A stretch of 64,000 nucleotides of DNA from a virus (taxonomy: Duplodnaviria; Caudoviricetes): positions 70,992-134,991 of IMG/VR virus record IMGVR_UViG_3300028886_000004, one strand, 5' to 3'. Positions 46,824 to 57,233 of the stretch are shown piece by piece. The notes under the pieces were generated by a model. That model saw only the letters and a program-made list of their open reading frames with translations, was not told where the DNA came from and did not search any database. Within the stretch, counting starts at the first letter, position 1. Each line of letters opens with the position of its first letter. The position numbers and the translations under genes are program-made.

Positions 46824-49781
46824 ATGGCTGAGAAAGAGACAATACATGTTCCCGCAAGACAGCTGCAACTTGCAAGGCCCAACCGTACCGGCCTGATCAA
46901 CGACTTGTTCCCCAATGAAACCGGCTGGAGCGAAGAGGATAAGACCCTTTTCTATAAGACGGCTGGCGGGGATGTTCTTCCGATTGGCGATTCTCCCGTA
47001 GTCGTGATTTCGGGGGGCACCAAGCGTTCGAAAATTATGGCTCTTGTGGCAGCGGGGAAGATCCCCGTTGTTAAAATGGTTCAAGGCCAGGGCGACAAGT
47101 ATATGTATCCGGCGTGGACTGGAAGTGACAAGCTTCGCTTCTCGTCCACTATGTTTACCAACGATAGCAGTGTCACCGGTTTTTGGTGGGCCGATGTTCC
47201 GCGTTCCGATGATGCTAATTGGACCTACGGCTATACTTCCCTGACCGAAACGGAAGTACTGAAACTTGCCTACCCCGACCCCATTACTTCCGGCATCTCG
47301 GATGAAGATTATGGGAAGATTACGGGCGGGGCATATAAGGCAATCCTGATGGTGGTTGGCAGCGGCACATCTCAAACTGTTGCCAATTTGATGGTGATGG
47401 GCGCCGAGCCCAAATTCTCGTATTTCACCTACACGGTTGAAGAGGAGCAGGTCACCGGGAAGATGGTGGTCCTCTCTGTCAGCGCTACCTCTGTGGATGG
47501 CAACCACGCCGTTACGCTCACGAATGTTCCGTTTGGCGGCGGTGCCGGAGCTGTCCCTTCTTTTTGGAAAGGGGCAGGCGATGGCGCCGGTGTAACCATT
47601 CAGGACACTACCAGCCACGCAATTCCGATTGCGTCCCGCGGCGATCATACCGGGGACGATATTACGGTTACCGATGGCAACTTCGTTCTCTCCCGCGGCG
47701 TTTATTTTTGGAATTTCAACTTGAAGTTCCAGCGCGTAGGTACCGGAAATGAAATTCAGGCGGTTGAAGCCGCCTTCAGCGACAATAGCGCCTTGATTGA
47801 ATTGGATCGGACCCGCGTGGGGAATCCGCTTACATGTTCGTTTAGCGGCCTCCTTCGCATTACCGAGGATAACACAGCGGTTGGCCTTGCCATTACCGCC
47901 GGATCCAGCGACGGGTTTACCGCATCCATCCTTCGTTGCGCTATTTTCCGTATCAATGGGGTTACTGAAGGCGAAGGTGGCGGAGGCGGCGAGGACAATG
48001 TCATTGAAGGTGTCCAAATGCCGGACTCCCAAAGCCCGCTCACCCCGGATGGCAATAAGATTGTCCACATCCCGTATGCGCAGCCTAGCAGCGGATCGGG
48101 CGATGGCGTGGCCGGTGTCATCACTGGCGCCGAAAAGGCAAAACTCAATAGCTTGAGCGGCTGGCTTGCCGGTATTGTTCTTGGATCCGATGTTTATCCT
48201 TTCAATCCCGCCGATGGCTTGGAATTTGCTGGCGGGGACGGCATTGGAATTGCGCTGGACGATAGCGACGAAATACCGAAACTCAAGTATGAGGCGCTTT
48301 ATGCGGCCGGTCTTGAAATGACCAACGAGTCCCATAAGCGTCTTCAGGTGCGCCTTGGCAGGGGCTTGCAGTTTGATTCGAACCTCGGAATTGAAATCAA
48401 GCTCGGCAAGGGCCTGCAATTCAATGAAAGCGCCGGGGTTGATGCAAACGCCCTTGAAATTGAAGGGTATGAAGGAATTGAAAATGTCGTGGAAACCGTT
48501 GAAAAGCTGGCAAACGATTTGGACACCCAAATCACCACGAACTTTGACTTCCCGAATATCTCCGGCGTAAGCGATTTTGCCGACTCTTCCGTATCTACAT
48601 TGGTGAATGGCGCCGGGATGTTGTGCCAGGCGTTTACAATTCCTATTAACCACGATATTCGCACCATCTCGGATGATGCAGGTTCCCATACATTGCTCGG
48701 CATTTTCGCAATGCAGAATTACACCCAGTCGAAGATTATGCTGGCGCTGTATGAATATTCCTACCCCGAAGGCGATGCGGAACACGGCTCCACCACGTAT
48801 GTTGGCGACACCGGCCCGGTGGACGTTGTGGCGGGCATCAATGAATACCCGCTTCGTAACCGCAATCCGCAAATCACGGAATTGCGTTCGGATAGGGTGT
48901 ACTACGCGACGTTATATGTCCCTAATTCGGTTCACGGAACCTCCAATCTTAGTCTTGCATCCATTCCGGGATATGGCGCAAATAATTTCTTGAATGCGGA
49001 ACCGCGTTTCTCGTGCGCAGTGGAAAACATCACCTATGACGGACATGAACTTGATATGAGCGATCCTACCACGACGCTCAATCATTACACTGCCGAGCCG
49101 TCGGAGGACCCGGAAGTTCCGTATTTGAACTATGCGATTGGCCCGTGGAATAGCCAATACAACGAACGCCCCACGGCGCCGCGTTTCTATTTGCAAATCC
49201 GCAACGGCAAGCGCACGATGCCGGAACCTTCCAATGATCCGTTTGTTGATCTTGGCAACCCGTCGTTGAAGGCATCCGCAACCTACAACAGCCTATTCCC
49301 CAACCCCGGATTCACTATCGGTCAGCAAAGCATCGTCTTCCAAGAAGTTCAGCCTTCGCTGGCCTGCACGATCACGGAATGGACCATTTACGACAATAAC
49401 CCCACCGACTCTCTCAGCTGGGGCGGTATGGTTTACGATGGCGGGTTCAACAACCAGCTGTGCAGCAATAGCGATGTGACGCTTACGGAATTGGGCGAGA
49501 CCTCTTCCGGCTCCGGTATTTACGGGCATAAGTATGTGCACAACAACGGCGGGCTCCAGCTCTCCGCAAATACCACGTATCGCTTTGTGGCAAGCTGCCA
49601 GGGCTCCTCTTCCGGAAGCACCAAGATCGTGCAATACGACGGGACAACTTCCAAGAAGGATTTGCGTATGGCGGAATCCGGCAATAACATTTCGCAGTGG
49701 GTCACCATCGCTCAGGCAACGCAGGTTGATGGCACCTACCTGAAGGTTAAGACTTCCGATAACAAGGAATACGTGATTTAA
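46824..49781 (+). CDS. putative tail fibre/adhesin
   Basis: 985 aa Gly/Ser/Thr-rich; triple-beta-spiral-like LGRGLQFD/LGKGLQFN repeats. Confidence 0.6.
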   Translation: MAEKETIHVPARQLQLARPNRTGLINDLFPNETGWSEEDKTLFYKTAGGDVLPIGDSPVVVISGGTKRSKIMALVAAGKIPVVKMVQGQGDKYMYPAWTGSDKLRFSSTMFTNDSSVTGFWWADVPRSDDANWTYGYTSLTETEVLKLAYPDPITSGISDEDYGKITGGAYKAILMVVGSGTSQTVANLMVMGAEPKFSYFTYTVEEEQVTGKMVVLSVSATSVDGNHAVTLTNVPFGGGAGAVPSFWKGAGDGAGVTIQDTTSHAIPIASRGDHTGDDITVTDGNFVLSRGVYFWNFNLKFQRVGTGNEIQAVEAAFSDNSALIELDRTRVGNPLTCSFSGLLRITEDNTAVGLAITAGSSDGFTASILRCAIFRINGVTEGEGGGGGEDNVIEGVQMPDSQSPLTPDGNKIVHIPYAQPSSGSGDGVAGVITGAEKAKLNSLSGWLAGIVLGSDVYPFNPADGLEFAGGDGIGIALDDSDEIPKLKYEALYAAGLEMTNESHKRLQVRLGRGLQFDSNLGIEIKLGKGLQFNESAGVDANALEIEGYEGIENVVETVEKLANDLDTQITTNFDFPNISGVSDFADSSVSTLVNGAGMLCQAFTIPINHDIRTISDDAGSHTLLGIFAMQNYTQSKIMLALYEYSYPEGDAEHGSTTYVGDTGPVDVVAGINEYPLRNRNPQITELRSDRVYYATLYVPNSVHGTSNLSLASIPGYGANNFLNAEPRFSCAVENITYDGHELDMSDPTTTLNHYTAEPSEDPEVPYLNYAIGPWNSQYNERPTAPRFYLQIRNGKRTMPEPSNDPFVDLGNPSLKASATYNSLFPNPGFTIGQQSIVFQEVQPSLACTITEWTIYDNNPTDSLSWGGMVYDGGFNNQLCSNSDVTLTELGETSSGSGIYGHKYVHNNGGLQLSANTTYRFVASCQGSSSGSTKIVQYDGTTSKKDLRMAESGNNISQWVTIAQATQVDGTYLKVKTSDNKEYVI

Positions 49782-49787
49782 GGAGGA

Positions 49788-50135
49788 ATGATGCTCACTA
49801 CATACAATCGCGAAAAGATGTCCACGATTTTTCACGGCGAGGAGGCTGGCGTATACGAGCGCTCCAATGGCGTGACCGGGCTGGAATGGAATCAATACAT
49901 TGGGCGAGTTATCATCAATGATTTTATCAAGGCGATGGACGACCACGAAGGCACGGACTTCAGCGAGTATATGGGAGTGCTTCCCTATATCGATTACGGA
50001 TTGTTCCAGTCGGCGATCAAGCTGCTTGGAAGCATTGAGATCCCGGGGCTGGAGAATGTTAAGGAATGGATGATAAAGGCGCTGACAGAGGCTGAAGATC
50101 GCTATCCTGCCAAGCAGGCAGCGGCTACGGCGTAA
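49788..50135 (+). CDS. putative fibre chaperone/hypothetical
   Basis: AGGAGG RBS; follows fibre gene. Confidence 0.55.
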   Translation: MMLTTYNREKMSTIFHGEEAGVYERSNGVTGLEWNQYIGRVIINDFIKAMDDHEGTDFSEYMGVLPYIDYGLFQSAIKLLGSIEIPGLENVKEWMIKALTEAEDRYPAKQAAATA

Positions 50136-50147
50136 TGAGGTAGTATT

Positions 50148-51986
50148 ATGGCAAGCAACAATAAGGTATGCGTAAACATTGACCAAACCGATCCGGAGTC
50201 CGGCGGCTTCACCGATGCTGAAAAATTGCAGGCCCGCAACAATATCGGAGCCTGTGGCAATGCCCCTGATGACGCACTTTATGCCAATCATAACGGCAAG
50301 TGGTTCAAAGTAAATTTTGTCACACCCGAAATGTTCGGCGCAAAAGGCGATGGCGCAACGGACGATACCGCTGCTTTCGAAGCGGCGTTGGCAGCATCCG
50401 ACTACGTCATGTTGAGTGACAAGGTGTACATTGTTGGCGACATAATTTTAGATAGTGGAAAGCACGTTATAGGCATCGGCCCGCAAGCGCCAACAGTGCT
50501 GCGAATTGCCGACGGCGCATCCTGCATTTTCTCTATTCCCGGATCAAGATTCGTTGAACTTAAAGACATATCCCTAGCCGGGGGAACTTCCTCGAGTCCT
50601 AAAGGAGTGGGTCTTCTGCTGTCTAACGATGCTGCCCAGTTGTATTTTGAACGTTGTGTGTTCAGCTATTTTGACTGCGGCGTCAAAGTACCAGATACTG
50701 ACATCGCTTGGGACTGCATTTTCACGCAGTGCAATTTTTCAAGTAACGTTATTGGTTGCGAATGGTATGGCAGCACCGCATCGTTTAGCCATTGCAAGTT
50801 CTATAGGTCAAAAGATACCGGCATCATTCTCCACGGCACAAGACGCATGTCATTCGACACATGTGGGTGGACCTCGGATGTTCCGTCCAAGTTTATAACG
50901 CTGGACGGCGTCAACCTATATACAACCTTCTTTAAGTGCAACTTCGAAGTAGGCACTGTCCCTGATGGTTCGAGTCTCTTCTTCGTCCTGAGTACGTCCA
51001 AAGTCGTGTTCGAAGGTTGCGTCATTAGAGCTATCACGGCACAAAACGACAATCCTGAGGCTTCGTTCTTCTACATGAACGGAAATGCTGAACTCTATAT
51101 CAATGGCATAGCTTATTCCGGAAATAGCGTTCCAAATTTCTTGACTTCCAAATACGGAACTTACAAAAAGCTTGTTATCGATCAGGACAGCATCCCTCCC
51201 AATGGACTTAACATAAACGGGTCCACGGCCGCAGCAGTACATGTGGAAATAGTAAACACAGATAGCGTTCAAGACGTTGCGTCCTTGCCGTCTTTTTTAA
51301 GTAACGCAGCTGGAACGAGCGTCTATGTCAGGGATTTGGGCAGGCGCCTCCTATGGGACGGGACGGCATGGGTTAATCAGAGTGAGGCGATGGCTGTAAA
51401 GTCTTTCGGTTCGGACTCCGCTGGAGCTAGGACACGATACACAAAAATACTGACTTCCGTGCCATTGACCAACGGGGCGTCTGGGGTGCTGGCGTTCGTT
51501 TCAGGGCTTGTCTCGACTGGTTATCGGAACTATGCGTGTGTCATAGCGTCTCTCACATATATTAGAAGAGACAACGGAAACATGTATGTCACGCTATGTG
51601 CACAATGGCCAGTCAGGCAGTCCGATCAGCAGCTGTATTACGAGATTGTAACTGATTCAGACAACAATGCTTACATAAATATCTACATGTACATGGGTGC
51701 TCCACTTGCAGATCATATACCTCGCGTATTCGTCAAGATATTGTGCTGCAACGGAGATTTCTCGATCGTAAGTCCAATCGCACTTATAGCGGATTCAGAC
51801 TTCGCACTACTAAGTACAAACAAAGCTAGAAATCTGCTTGACCCAGTACATGGCGACTCAACCCAACGACCGGCACTTAATGGCTCGACTGATATAGGAT
51901 ACCAGTACTTCGATACCACACTAGGAAAACCTATCTACTGGCAGGGTACAAAGTGGATTTACGCTGATGGTACCGATGTAGTCTAA
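50148..51986 (+). CDS. tailspike with right-handed beta-helix (pectate lyase-like depolymerase)
   Basis: TPEMFGAKGDGATDDTAAF; FxxCxF coils; C-terminal YFDTTLGKPIYW. Confidence 0.8.
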   Translation: MASNNKVCVNIDQTDPESGGFTDAEKLQARNNIGACGNAPDDALYANHNGKWFKVNFVTPEMFGAKGDGATDDTAAFEAALAASDYVMLSDKVYIVGDIILDSGKHVIGIGPQAPTVLRIADGASCIFSIPGSRFVELKDISLAGGTSSSPKGVGLLLSNDAAQLYFERCVFSYFDCGVKVPDTDIAWDCIFTQCNFSSNVIGCEWYGSTASFSHCKFYRSKDTGIILHGTRRMSFDTCGWTSDVPSKFITLDGVNLYTTFFKCNFEVGTVPDGSSLFFVLSTSKVVFEGCVIRAITAQNDNPEASFFYMNGNAELYINGIAYSGNSVPNFLTSKYGTYKKLVIDQDSIPPNGLNINGSTAAAVHVEIVNTDSVQDVASLPSFLSNAAGTSVYVRDLGRRLLWDGTAWVNQSEAMAVKSFGSDSAGARTRYTKILTSVPLTNGASGVLAFVSGLVSTGYRNYACVIASLTYIRRDNGNMYVTLCAQWPVRQSDQQLYYEIVTDSDNNAYINIYMYMGAPLADHIPRVFVKILCCNGDFSIVSPIALIADSDFALLSTNKARNLLDPVHGDSTQRPALNGSTDIGYQYFDTTLGKPIYWQGTKWIYADGTDVV

Positions 51987-52124
51987 GTGTCTATTCGTTC
52001 GCTGCCTCCCCATGTGGGTGCGCCAGGCGAAGGAATACAGAATAAAATAACTTCCTTTTGTATGATCAACGGGTTCCAATCTCGCCCAACGTTTCTTTAT
52101 TAAGATGGTTCCAGTTTATAGGAG

Positions 52125-52517
52125 ATGAAAATGGAAGCATTACCGGTCATTGCTGAGACCAGCCGCGAGTTGGGACTCCCGCTCGCAGTAACCCTCGCGC
52201 TGCTTATTATCGCCACGATTGTCATTGTGGTGGTAGTCCTTCGGGAGCACCGCAATAAAATCGAAAATATCAAGGAGGCAGTGACCACTATGAAAAGTAA
52301 TGTGGATGCGCAAATCGCCGAAATCAAGGAAGCTACCTCTAAGGAAATCGCCGAGGTCAAAACCTCTATGGAAAAAGCGGTGGACGAAATAAAAACCGAA
52401 ATGGTTAGGCAGGCCTCCGCCCATAACGCCGAACTGAGCTCCTTGTATAAACTCGTCAATGGCGTTGCCATTGATGTGTCCTTTATCAAGGGAAAAATGA
52501 CCCGCGGCCAAAAATAA
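52125..52517 (+). CDS. membrane-anchored coiled-coil protein (holin/hemolysin-like)
   Basis: Single N-terminal TM plus coiled coil. Confidence 0.55.
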   Translation: MKMEALPVIAETSRELGLPLAVTLALLIIATIVIVVVVLREHRNKIENIKEAVTTMKSNVDAQIAEIKEATSKEIAEVKTSMEKAVDEIKTEMVRQASAHNAELSSLYKLVNGVAIDVSFIKGKMTRGQK

Positions 52518-52562
52518 TTCCCCGGGGTGAAATGTCCCTTATAAAAAAGGTATAATAGTGAT

Positions 52563-53336
52563 ATGCATATTCACATGATTAAACCCCGTCCCCTTTCCGC
52601 ATTGGATGAACGCCTCTCCCGCCTTATTGACCTGAAGAAGCATCCAAGACACCGCCTCTATGAATCAATGTCCGATTGGGCGGAGCGGGAAGTTGAACTC
52701 GCCTGCAAAAAAGAAGATGGCTACGGCGCCGGATGCTACAGATCCGCGTTGAAGGCTTTCCGCTCCCTTTGCGACGACGGCCACAGCGGCTGCTCCATCG
52801 GAATCACCAAATCAATCTTGAACCGCCTGATTGATGGCAAGCCGCTCACCACCATCGAGGATACCCCGGATGTTTGGATCGAATGCTGCTGGGGCGATAA
52901 GGATGGCAAGGCGACCTACCAAAATTCCCGCATGTCCGGGCTCTTCAAGGATGTCTACCCGGACGGCACCGTTACCTTCAATGATGTTGACCGCGTCACC
53001 TTGATTGAGGTTGAAGATGACGGGACCGAAACTTCTTGGCACAGCGGGCTGGCATCCAAGCTCGTGGACGAAATCATCGGACCGATTACGCTGCCGTATT
53101 ACCCCAAGGCGAAGCCCTACAAGGTCTATGCACAGCAATTTGACTCCGTGAACGCCGAGGTCGGCTGCTTCGATACAACGCATGTTATCAAGATTGTGGA
53201 CCCGGACGGGAACGTAATTCCGTGCGAGCGCTTCTACGCCGAAACGGCGGACTCTATGGAAGAAATCAGCAAGGAAGAATACCTCCGCCGCGAACAATCC
53301 TATAAGGCGGCATTGAAGGCAGGGAAATCAAAATGA
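52563..53336 (+). CDS. hypothetical phage protein
   Basis: GHSG.S..LTTIED, YQNSRMSGLFK conserved-looking motifs. Confidence 0.7.
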   Translation: MHIHMIKPRPLSALDERLSRLIDLKKHPRHRLYESMSDWAEREVELACKKEDGYGAGCYRSALKAFRSLCDDGHSGCSIGITKSILNRLIDGKPLTTIEDTPDVWIECCWGDKDGKATYQNSRMSGLFKDVYPDGTVTFNDVDRVTLIEVEDDGTETSWHSGLASKLVDEIIGPITLPYYPKAKPYKVYAQQFDSVNAEVGCFDTTHVIKIVDPDGNVIPCERFYAETADSMEEISKEEYLRREQSYKAALKAGKSK

Positions 53337-53800
53337 TAGCGTGTTATGGCATTGACTTCCATCGCGGCGCCGAGCATCTTCTTGAGCTGGTCCCGCTGAA
53401 ATCCCTGAAGCGTCGTTATGACCTGCAGGGAGGAGTTTCGGCGGACTTCCGATTCGATGACGGCACCTTGCGCGTGGAGACGGCGCCGCACTTCTTGTTT
53501 GACGGAAGAAGCGGTCCTCCCATAATTGACTGGTATGTGCCGAATCTTGGCAGCCTTGAAGAACGCGCCTTGTGGTGGATGCACGATTGTCTAGGCTACG
53601 GCGAATCCCTGGACTTTTGGCATACGAATCGCGCCTTGAGACTTGGCCTCCGCGATCAGGCAGGCTACCGGGCAACGAAGGCGTGGGCAATCGAAAGGGC
53701 GGTGAGCGTATCGAAATCTTGGTACGGGACCCCGGAACCGGACGATTGGTGCTACAATAACATCACGAAAGTGTCTACGCTGTGGATTCCCGCCACATAA
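53333..53800 (+). CDS. DUF1353-like protein
   Basis: F.FDG.S.P, HD.L.Y motifs. Confidence 0.55.
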   Translation: MIACYGIDFHRGAEHLLELVPLKSLKRRYDLQGGVSADFRFDDGTLRVETAPHFLFDGRSGPPIIDWYVPNLGSLEERALWWMHDCLGYGESLDFWHTNRALRLGLRDQAGYRATKAWAIERAVSVSKSWYGTPEPDDWCYNNITKVSTLWIPAT

Positions 53801-53826
53801 ACGCGCCTAGAATCGCTTCAAATACA

Positions 53827-53858
53827 AAAGGCAGGTATTTACCTGCCTATTTATTTTC
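53827..53858. terminator. bidirectional terminator at convergence, within periodic element
   Basis: AAAAGGCAGGTA/TACCTGCCT plus T-rich tail; core repeat at 53860. Confidence 0.7.
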
Positions 53859-53875
53859 TCGCCTTAAAACGCCGT

Positions 53876-54208
53876 TTATGCGCATTTAATGGATTTCTTA
53901 TCTTTTTCTTCCGGATAGTCGTGTTTTAGGGTGACGGTGATATATGAGGGGTGGTAGTTGAGGTTCATATTTGCCTCGTATTCCGTGGCCTTGACCACGG
54001 CCGCCCGGAATGCGGTTTTCATCGCCTTTTCCGCCTTGCGCAGATCCTCCAGCTTTGAGCCCCACGGGAATGTAATCAGGTAGCACTCCTTTCCGGTATC
54101 CTTCCATTTCACCCACTTTGCCGATTTGGTCAGGGTGATGCCTAAGGATTTGATAATCCCGGCGGCGCGGGATTCAATCTTCCTTTTGTAGGCATCGTGT
54201 TGACTCAT
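53876..54208 (-). CDS. hypothetical protein
   Basis: AGGAG RBS. Confidence 0.65.
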   Translation of the reverse strand: MSQHDAYKRKIESRAAGIIKSLGITLTKSAKWVKWKDTGKECYLITFPWGSKLEDLRKAEKAMKTAFRAAVVKATEYEANMNLNYHPSYITVTLKHDYPEEKDKKSIKCA

Positions 54209-54218
54209 ATATTACTCC

Positions 54219-54506
54219 TTATTTTGCGGTTGCCTTCTCAAAATGGGCCTCCAGCACCTTGGACCAAGTTCCAAGCGCATCAATGATTTTGCCAACCAGC
54301 GCCGTTTCATTTGGCGCCTTCGCAACAATCAGGCCGCTGTAGAGCGCCTCGACACGGCAGCTCTTCTTTCCCCGGAAGAATTTAACCTCAAGACTGTTTT
54401 CGAGGTCGTTTTTGTTTAACAAAAAACGCTGGCCGCTTTTCATTGCGGCGAGCTTCATAGTCATACGGGACTTTTGCTCATTGGTATAGCGGATAGGCTG
54501 GGGCAT
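54219..54506 (-). CDS. hypothetical protein
   Basis: AGGA RBS. Confidence 0.65.
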   Translation of the reverse strand: MPQPIRYTNEQKSRMTMKLAAMKSGQRFLLNKNDLENSLEVKFFRGKKSCRVEALYSGLIVAKAPNETALVGKIIDALGTWSKVLEAHFEKATAK

Positions 54507-54515
54507 ACTTATTCC

Positions 54516-54818
54516 TTACTTGTGGTGCCTTCTTGCGATTGCATTCTTGAGGCAGTTGTGGCGGTGCCCGCCCTTCAAATCCATACGCCTCGGGTTTAGG
54601 GCGTGCTTACGTTCGTGCGGGGTCATCGAATTGAGCATGTCTTGACAATATTCTTCGTATGCCTGCGAGCAATATGCCTCGTATTCGGCATCAAGATCCC
54701 TTTCGGCCCTGCTGTCAATCAGGTCTTGTTCAACCGCATCGTCAAACCGGCGGTCAAATTCCCTGGATGAAATTATTCCCAGCGCTTCCTGCCTATAAAG
54801 ATCTTGGACGTGGCTCAT
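54516..54818 (-). CDS. hypothetical protein
   Basis: ATGA overlap. Confidence 0.6.
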   Translation of the reverse strand: MSHVQDLYRQEALGIISSREFDRRFDDAVEQDLIDSRAERDLDAEYEAYCSQAYEEYCQDMLNSMTPHERKHALNPRRMDLKGGHRHNCLKNAIARRHHK

Positions 54819-55321
54819 AAACGTTTTCCTTCCGCCCTATCCTTCAATAGGGCAAGATATTCGGTATCTGTGATCTTGTAGTCAACTATTTCCGCCACCT
54901 TCAAATTCTCCAGGCGCTCGCGCTCAATTGCGGCTTCCATCGCCTTACGCTTGGCATCGGAAACATCCGCCTGCATCGCACGCTCGAGATATTGGATGGC
55001 TGAAATCTTATACGAATATCCGGACAAGAACTTCCAATGCCAGCACTTGAAATAGGCGTTGCCGCCGCTTTTATCGTTGGGCGGATAATACTGCTTGTCC
55101 GGGTAGTCAAACACGAATTGCTGCACCCAATACATCTTGTCCTTCGTGCGGATGACGCGGTAAGACCCTTCACGCCTTTTGTTTTCCGCCTCTTCCCTTG
55201 CCTTGGCACGTTCTCGGCGGGTATCTCTAATCCCAAAGATGGTGGCGCCTATAAACATCGCGCCAAAGACAATGACAAATGCAATGCTTTCCCAATTTGC
55301 GTAGAGGTATTCGTAGGTCAT
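54815..55321 (-). CDS. hypothetical membrane protein
   Basis: N-terminal TM; AGGAG RBS. Confidence 0.65.
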   Translation of the reverse strand: MTYEYLYANWESIAFVIVFGAMFIGATIFGIRDTRRERAKAREEAENKRREGSYRVIRTKDKMYWVQQFVFDYPDKQYYPPNDKSGGNAYFKCWHWKFLSGYSYKISAIQYLERAMQADVSDAKRKAMEAAIERERLENLKVAEIVDYKITDTEYLALLKDRAEGKRL

Positions 55322-55800
55322 TTTTTACTCCTTGAATGCTTTTCGGCGCCGCGCCTCCAGCGCCACATGATATATGCCCATTTAATTGCGCGTAAACGCT
55401 GCCCTAGGCGCTTAAAAAATAAATGCCAAGGCCAAGTCCGGGGATGAACTTTTTGCACTTCCTGGCGCTCCCATTTGCGGCGGACATTATCGGCAAATTT
55501 GATTGCCTCGTCTTGCGTGAGATCCCCGCCAACGCAGAAGCTGTGGAAGCCGCGCATTTCCGCTTCGCATGTAGGACCATATTCGCATTCCGAGCACATG
55601 TTGGACGCGTAGAAGTCACAAAAGCCGCACGGCGCATAGCAGCGTCCCGGACTCGGCACGTGAAATTTAGGCAGGGGATACAACTTCTCGATAGGGATAG
55701 CAGCCGCGTTTTCTTCCGCAAGCAGGTTCAATTCCCGGTGATTGCTCGGCTCGGCAAACGGGGCATAATCTTCCGGCATGTCCGGGTAGGCGCTAGACAT
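55318..55800 (-). CDS. hypothetical Cys-rich protein
   Basis: CGFC/CSEC; start re-assigned. Confidence 0.55.
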   Translation of the reverse strand: MSSAYPDMPEDYAPFAEPSNHRELNLLAEENAAAIPIEKLYPLPKFHVPSPGRCYAPCGFCDFYASNMCSECEYGPTCEAEMRGFHSFCVGGDLTQDEAIKFADNVRRKWERQEVQKVHPRTWPWHLFFKRLGQRLRAIKWAYIMWRWRRGAEKHSRSKK

Positions 55801-56227
55801 TGTCGGCCGCCTTGTCAAGGAGTTCGGCGTAATCGAGGCACTTGCGTTCAACCTTCAGCCAAATGTCAATCCATTCGCTGGTCGGAAGCATTCGTCTTGC
55901 CTTCGGCGTCGCAAAGGTGCGGGTGTTGATGTTACGCGGATATTCGCCCGGCATCAGGGAATCGAATGCCGAGAAAAGGTGCGCCTTGTAATGGGCTGCC
56001 AGCGCACGCGAATGATAGAGGTTTGCCTTTTGCCTGATAACAAACGGGTCCACCTCATCGCGGTGGTAGTATTCGCCATAGCCATCCACTTCCATAGTCG
56101 GGTAGGTGGATTCGTCATCCCTGTCCTCCGTGCAGTCATACGGCGTAAAGAACGGGGTTCGATGCGCCTTGGCTTCGTGCGCCTGAATGACGGCACGCGG
56201 ATCAATTGTCATTATTTGTACTGCCAT
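55793..56227 (-). CDS. hypothetical protein
   Basis: AGGAGG RBS before MAVQ. Confidence 0.6.
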   Translation of the reverse strand: MAVQIMTIDPRAVIQAHEAKAHRTPFFTPYDCTEDRDDESTYPTMEVDGYGEYYHRDEVDPFVIRQKANLYHSRALAAHYKAHLFSAFDSLMPGEYPRNINTRTFATPKARRMLPTSEWIDIWLKVERKCLDYAELLDKAADNV

Positions 56228-56732
56228 TTTCGGCCTCCTTTTCCAAATGCTTTTTGAGTTGTGCTGCGCATTGCTTACGGACAAATTCCGCACGGAATTC
56301 ATAGCGCCTTCTTTGGAACACGTAGTTGGCGAGCGAGATGCCTACCACGGCGAGGCCTGCCAGCCAATGACCTGTGATGATCGAAGTGCCGCCGTCAAGG
56401 TAGTAATCAATAGTATCGAGCAGGTGGCAAGTGCCAAATGCGATGGCCCAAAGAATCCAAAAGTTGCGGATGAGCCAGCTTGGGTAAATATCCATCTCGG
56501 CCGCAAAGATCGGGAGAACCACGTGAACCGCTTCAAGGACATTTTGCGCCTTGATACCATCCTTGGTTTCGAAGTAAACGATGTCCCAAGCAATGCGCTT
56601 GACGTTTTGGACGCCTTCCAGCTTCTCGAGGTGTTCCATTATGCGCTTGCGGATGAAACCGTTAAGGCACTGAAGGGTTCCGACGTGGTCGCCTTCCGTG
56701 GCTGCTTTTACGTGAACCAATTGAATACGCAT
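56202..56732 (-). CDS. hypothetical membrane protein
   Basis: Two hydrophobic segments. Confidence 0.55.
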   Translation of the reverse strand: MRIQLVHVKAATEGDHVGTLQCLNGFIRKRIMEHLEKLEGVQNVKRIAWDIVYFETKDGIKAQNVLEAVHVVLPIFAAEMDIYPSWLIRNFWILWAIAFGTCHLLDTIDYYLDGGTSIITGHWLAGLAVVGISLANYVFQRRRYEFRAEFVRKQCAAQLKKHLEKEAENGSTNNDN

Positions 56733-56735
56733 AGG

Positions 56736-57005
56736 CTAAACCAACATTGTAAAGGTGGCGACGATCTTGTCAATGTCCGCCGGGGAGTAGTGGACCACGC
56801 CGTCCATTGCAATTTCGACAAATTCAAATTTGTAGGAAGATTGCGGAAAGATCATTTCGGCAGGCGCCCCGGGGAAATAAAGGGCAAGCGCAGGGGCCTT
56901 CGTATCATTTGGCGCGACCTTTTTGCGCACTGCAAATGCCTTGGTGAGATCGATGACGCCGACATCATCGGTATCTTTTAATTTGATTACGCGGATTTTG
57001 TGCAT
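56736..57005 (-). CDS. hypothetical protein
   Basis: Operonic spacing. Confidence 0.55.
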   Translation of the reverse strand: MHKIRVIKLKDTDDVGVIDLTKAFAVRKKVAPNDTKAPALALYFPGAPAEMIFPQSSYKFEFVEIAMDGVVHYSPADIDKIVATFTMLV

Positions 57006-57006
57006 A

Positions 57007-57231
57007 TTAGTCGTCCCAGTATTCGGAAAGAAATTCAACAAATTGGTCCTTGTAGATCCAGCGCGTGCCTTCGCCCATATCGGAATGGGTGGTGCCATCC
57101 AATTCTACGAAAACGCCTCGGGGGTCATATTCGCCTTCGAGAAAAAATCCGCTGCCGACGCAGTTGATCCAATAAACGACCAGCGGCTTGCAAAAGTCCG
57201 GCTTGTGCTGATTCCAAAAGTGCCAACGCAT
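57007..57231 (-). CDS. hypothetical protein
   Basis: Operonic spacing. Confidence 0.55.
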   Translation of the reverse strand: MRWHFWNQHKPDFCKPLVVYWINCVGSGFFLEGEYDPRGVFVELDGTTHSDMGEGTRWIYKDQFVEFLSEYWDD

Positions 57232-57233
57232 AA

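Noticed and set aside
6310-48872. Long - strand ORFs (e.g. 6310-7866, 11123-12640, 16435-17994, 22379-24496, 46776-48872)
   Set aside because: Antisense shadows of codon-biased + strand genes; no RBS or family motifs
51987-52040. HDV-like/theta ribozyme after the tailspike gene
   Set aside because: Has CCTCCCC..GG and GGCGAA resemblance but no consistent P1/P2 topology; a simple stem TATTCGTTCGCT/GGCGAAGGAATA explains it
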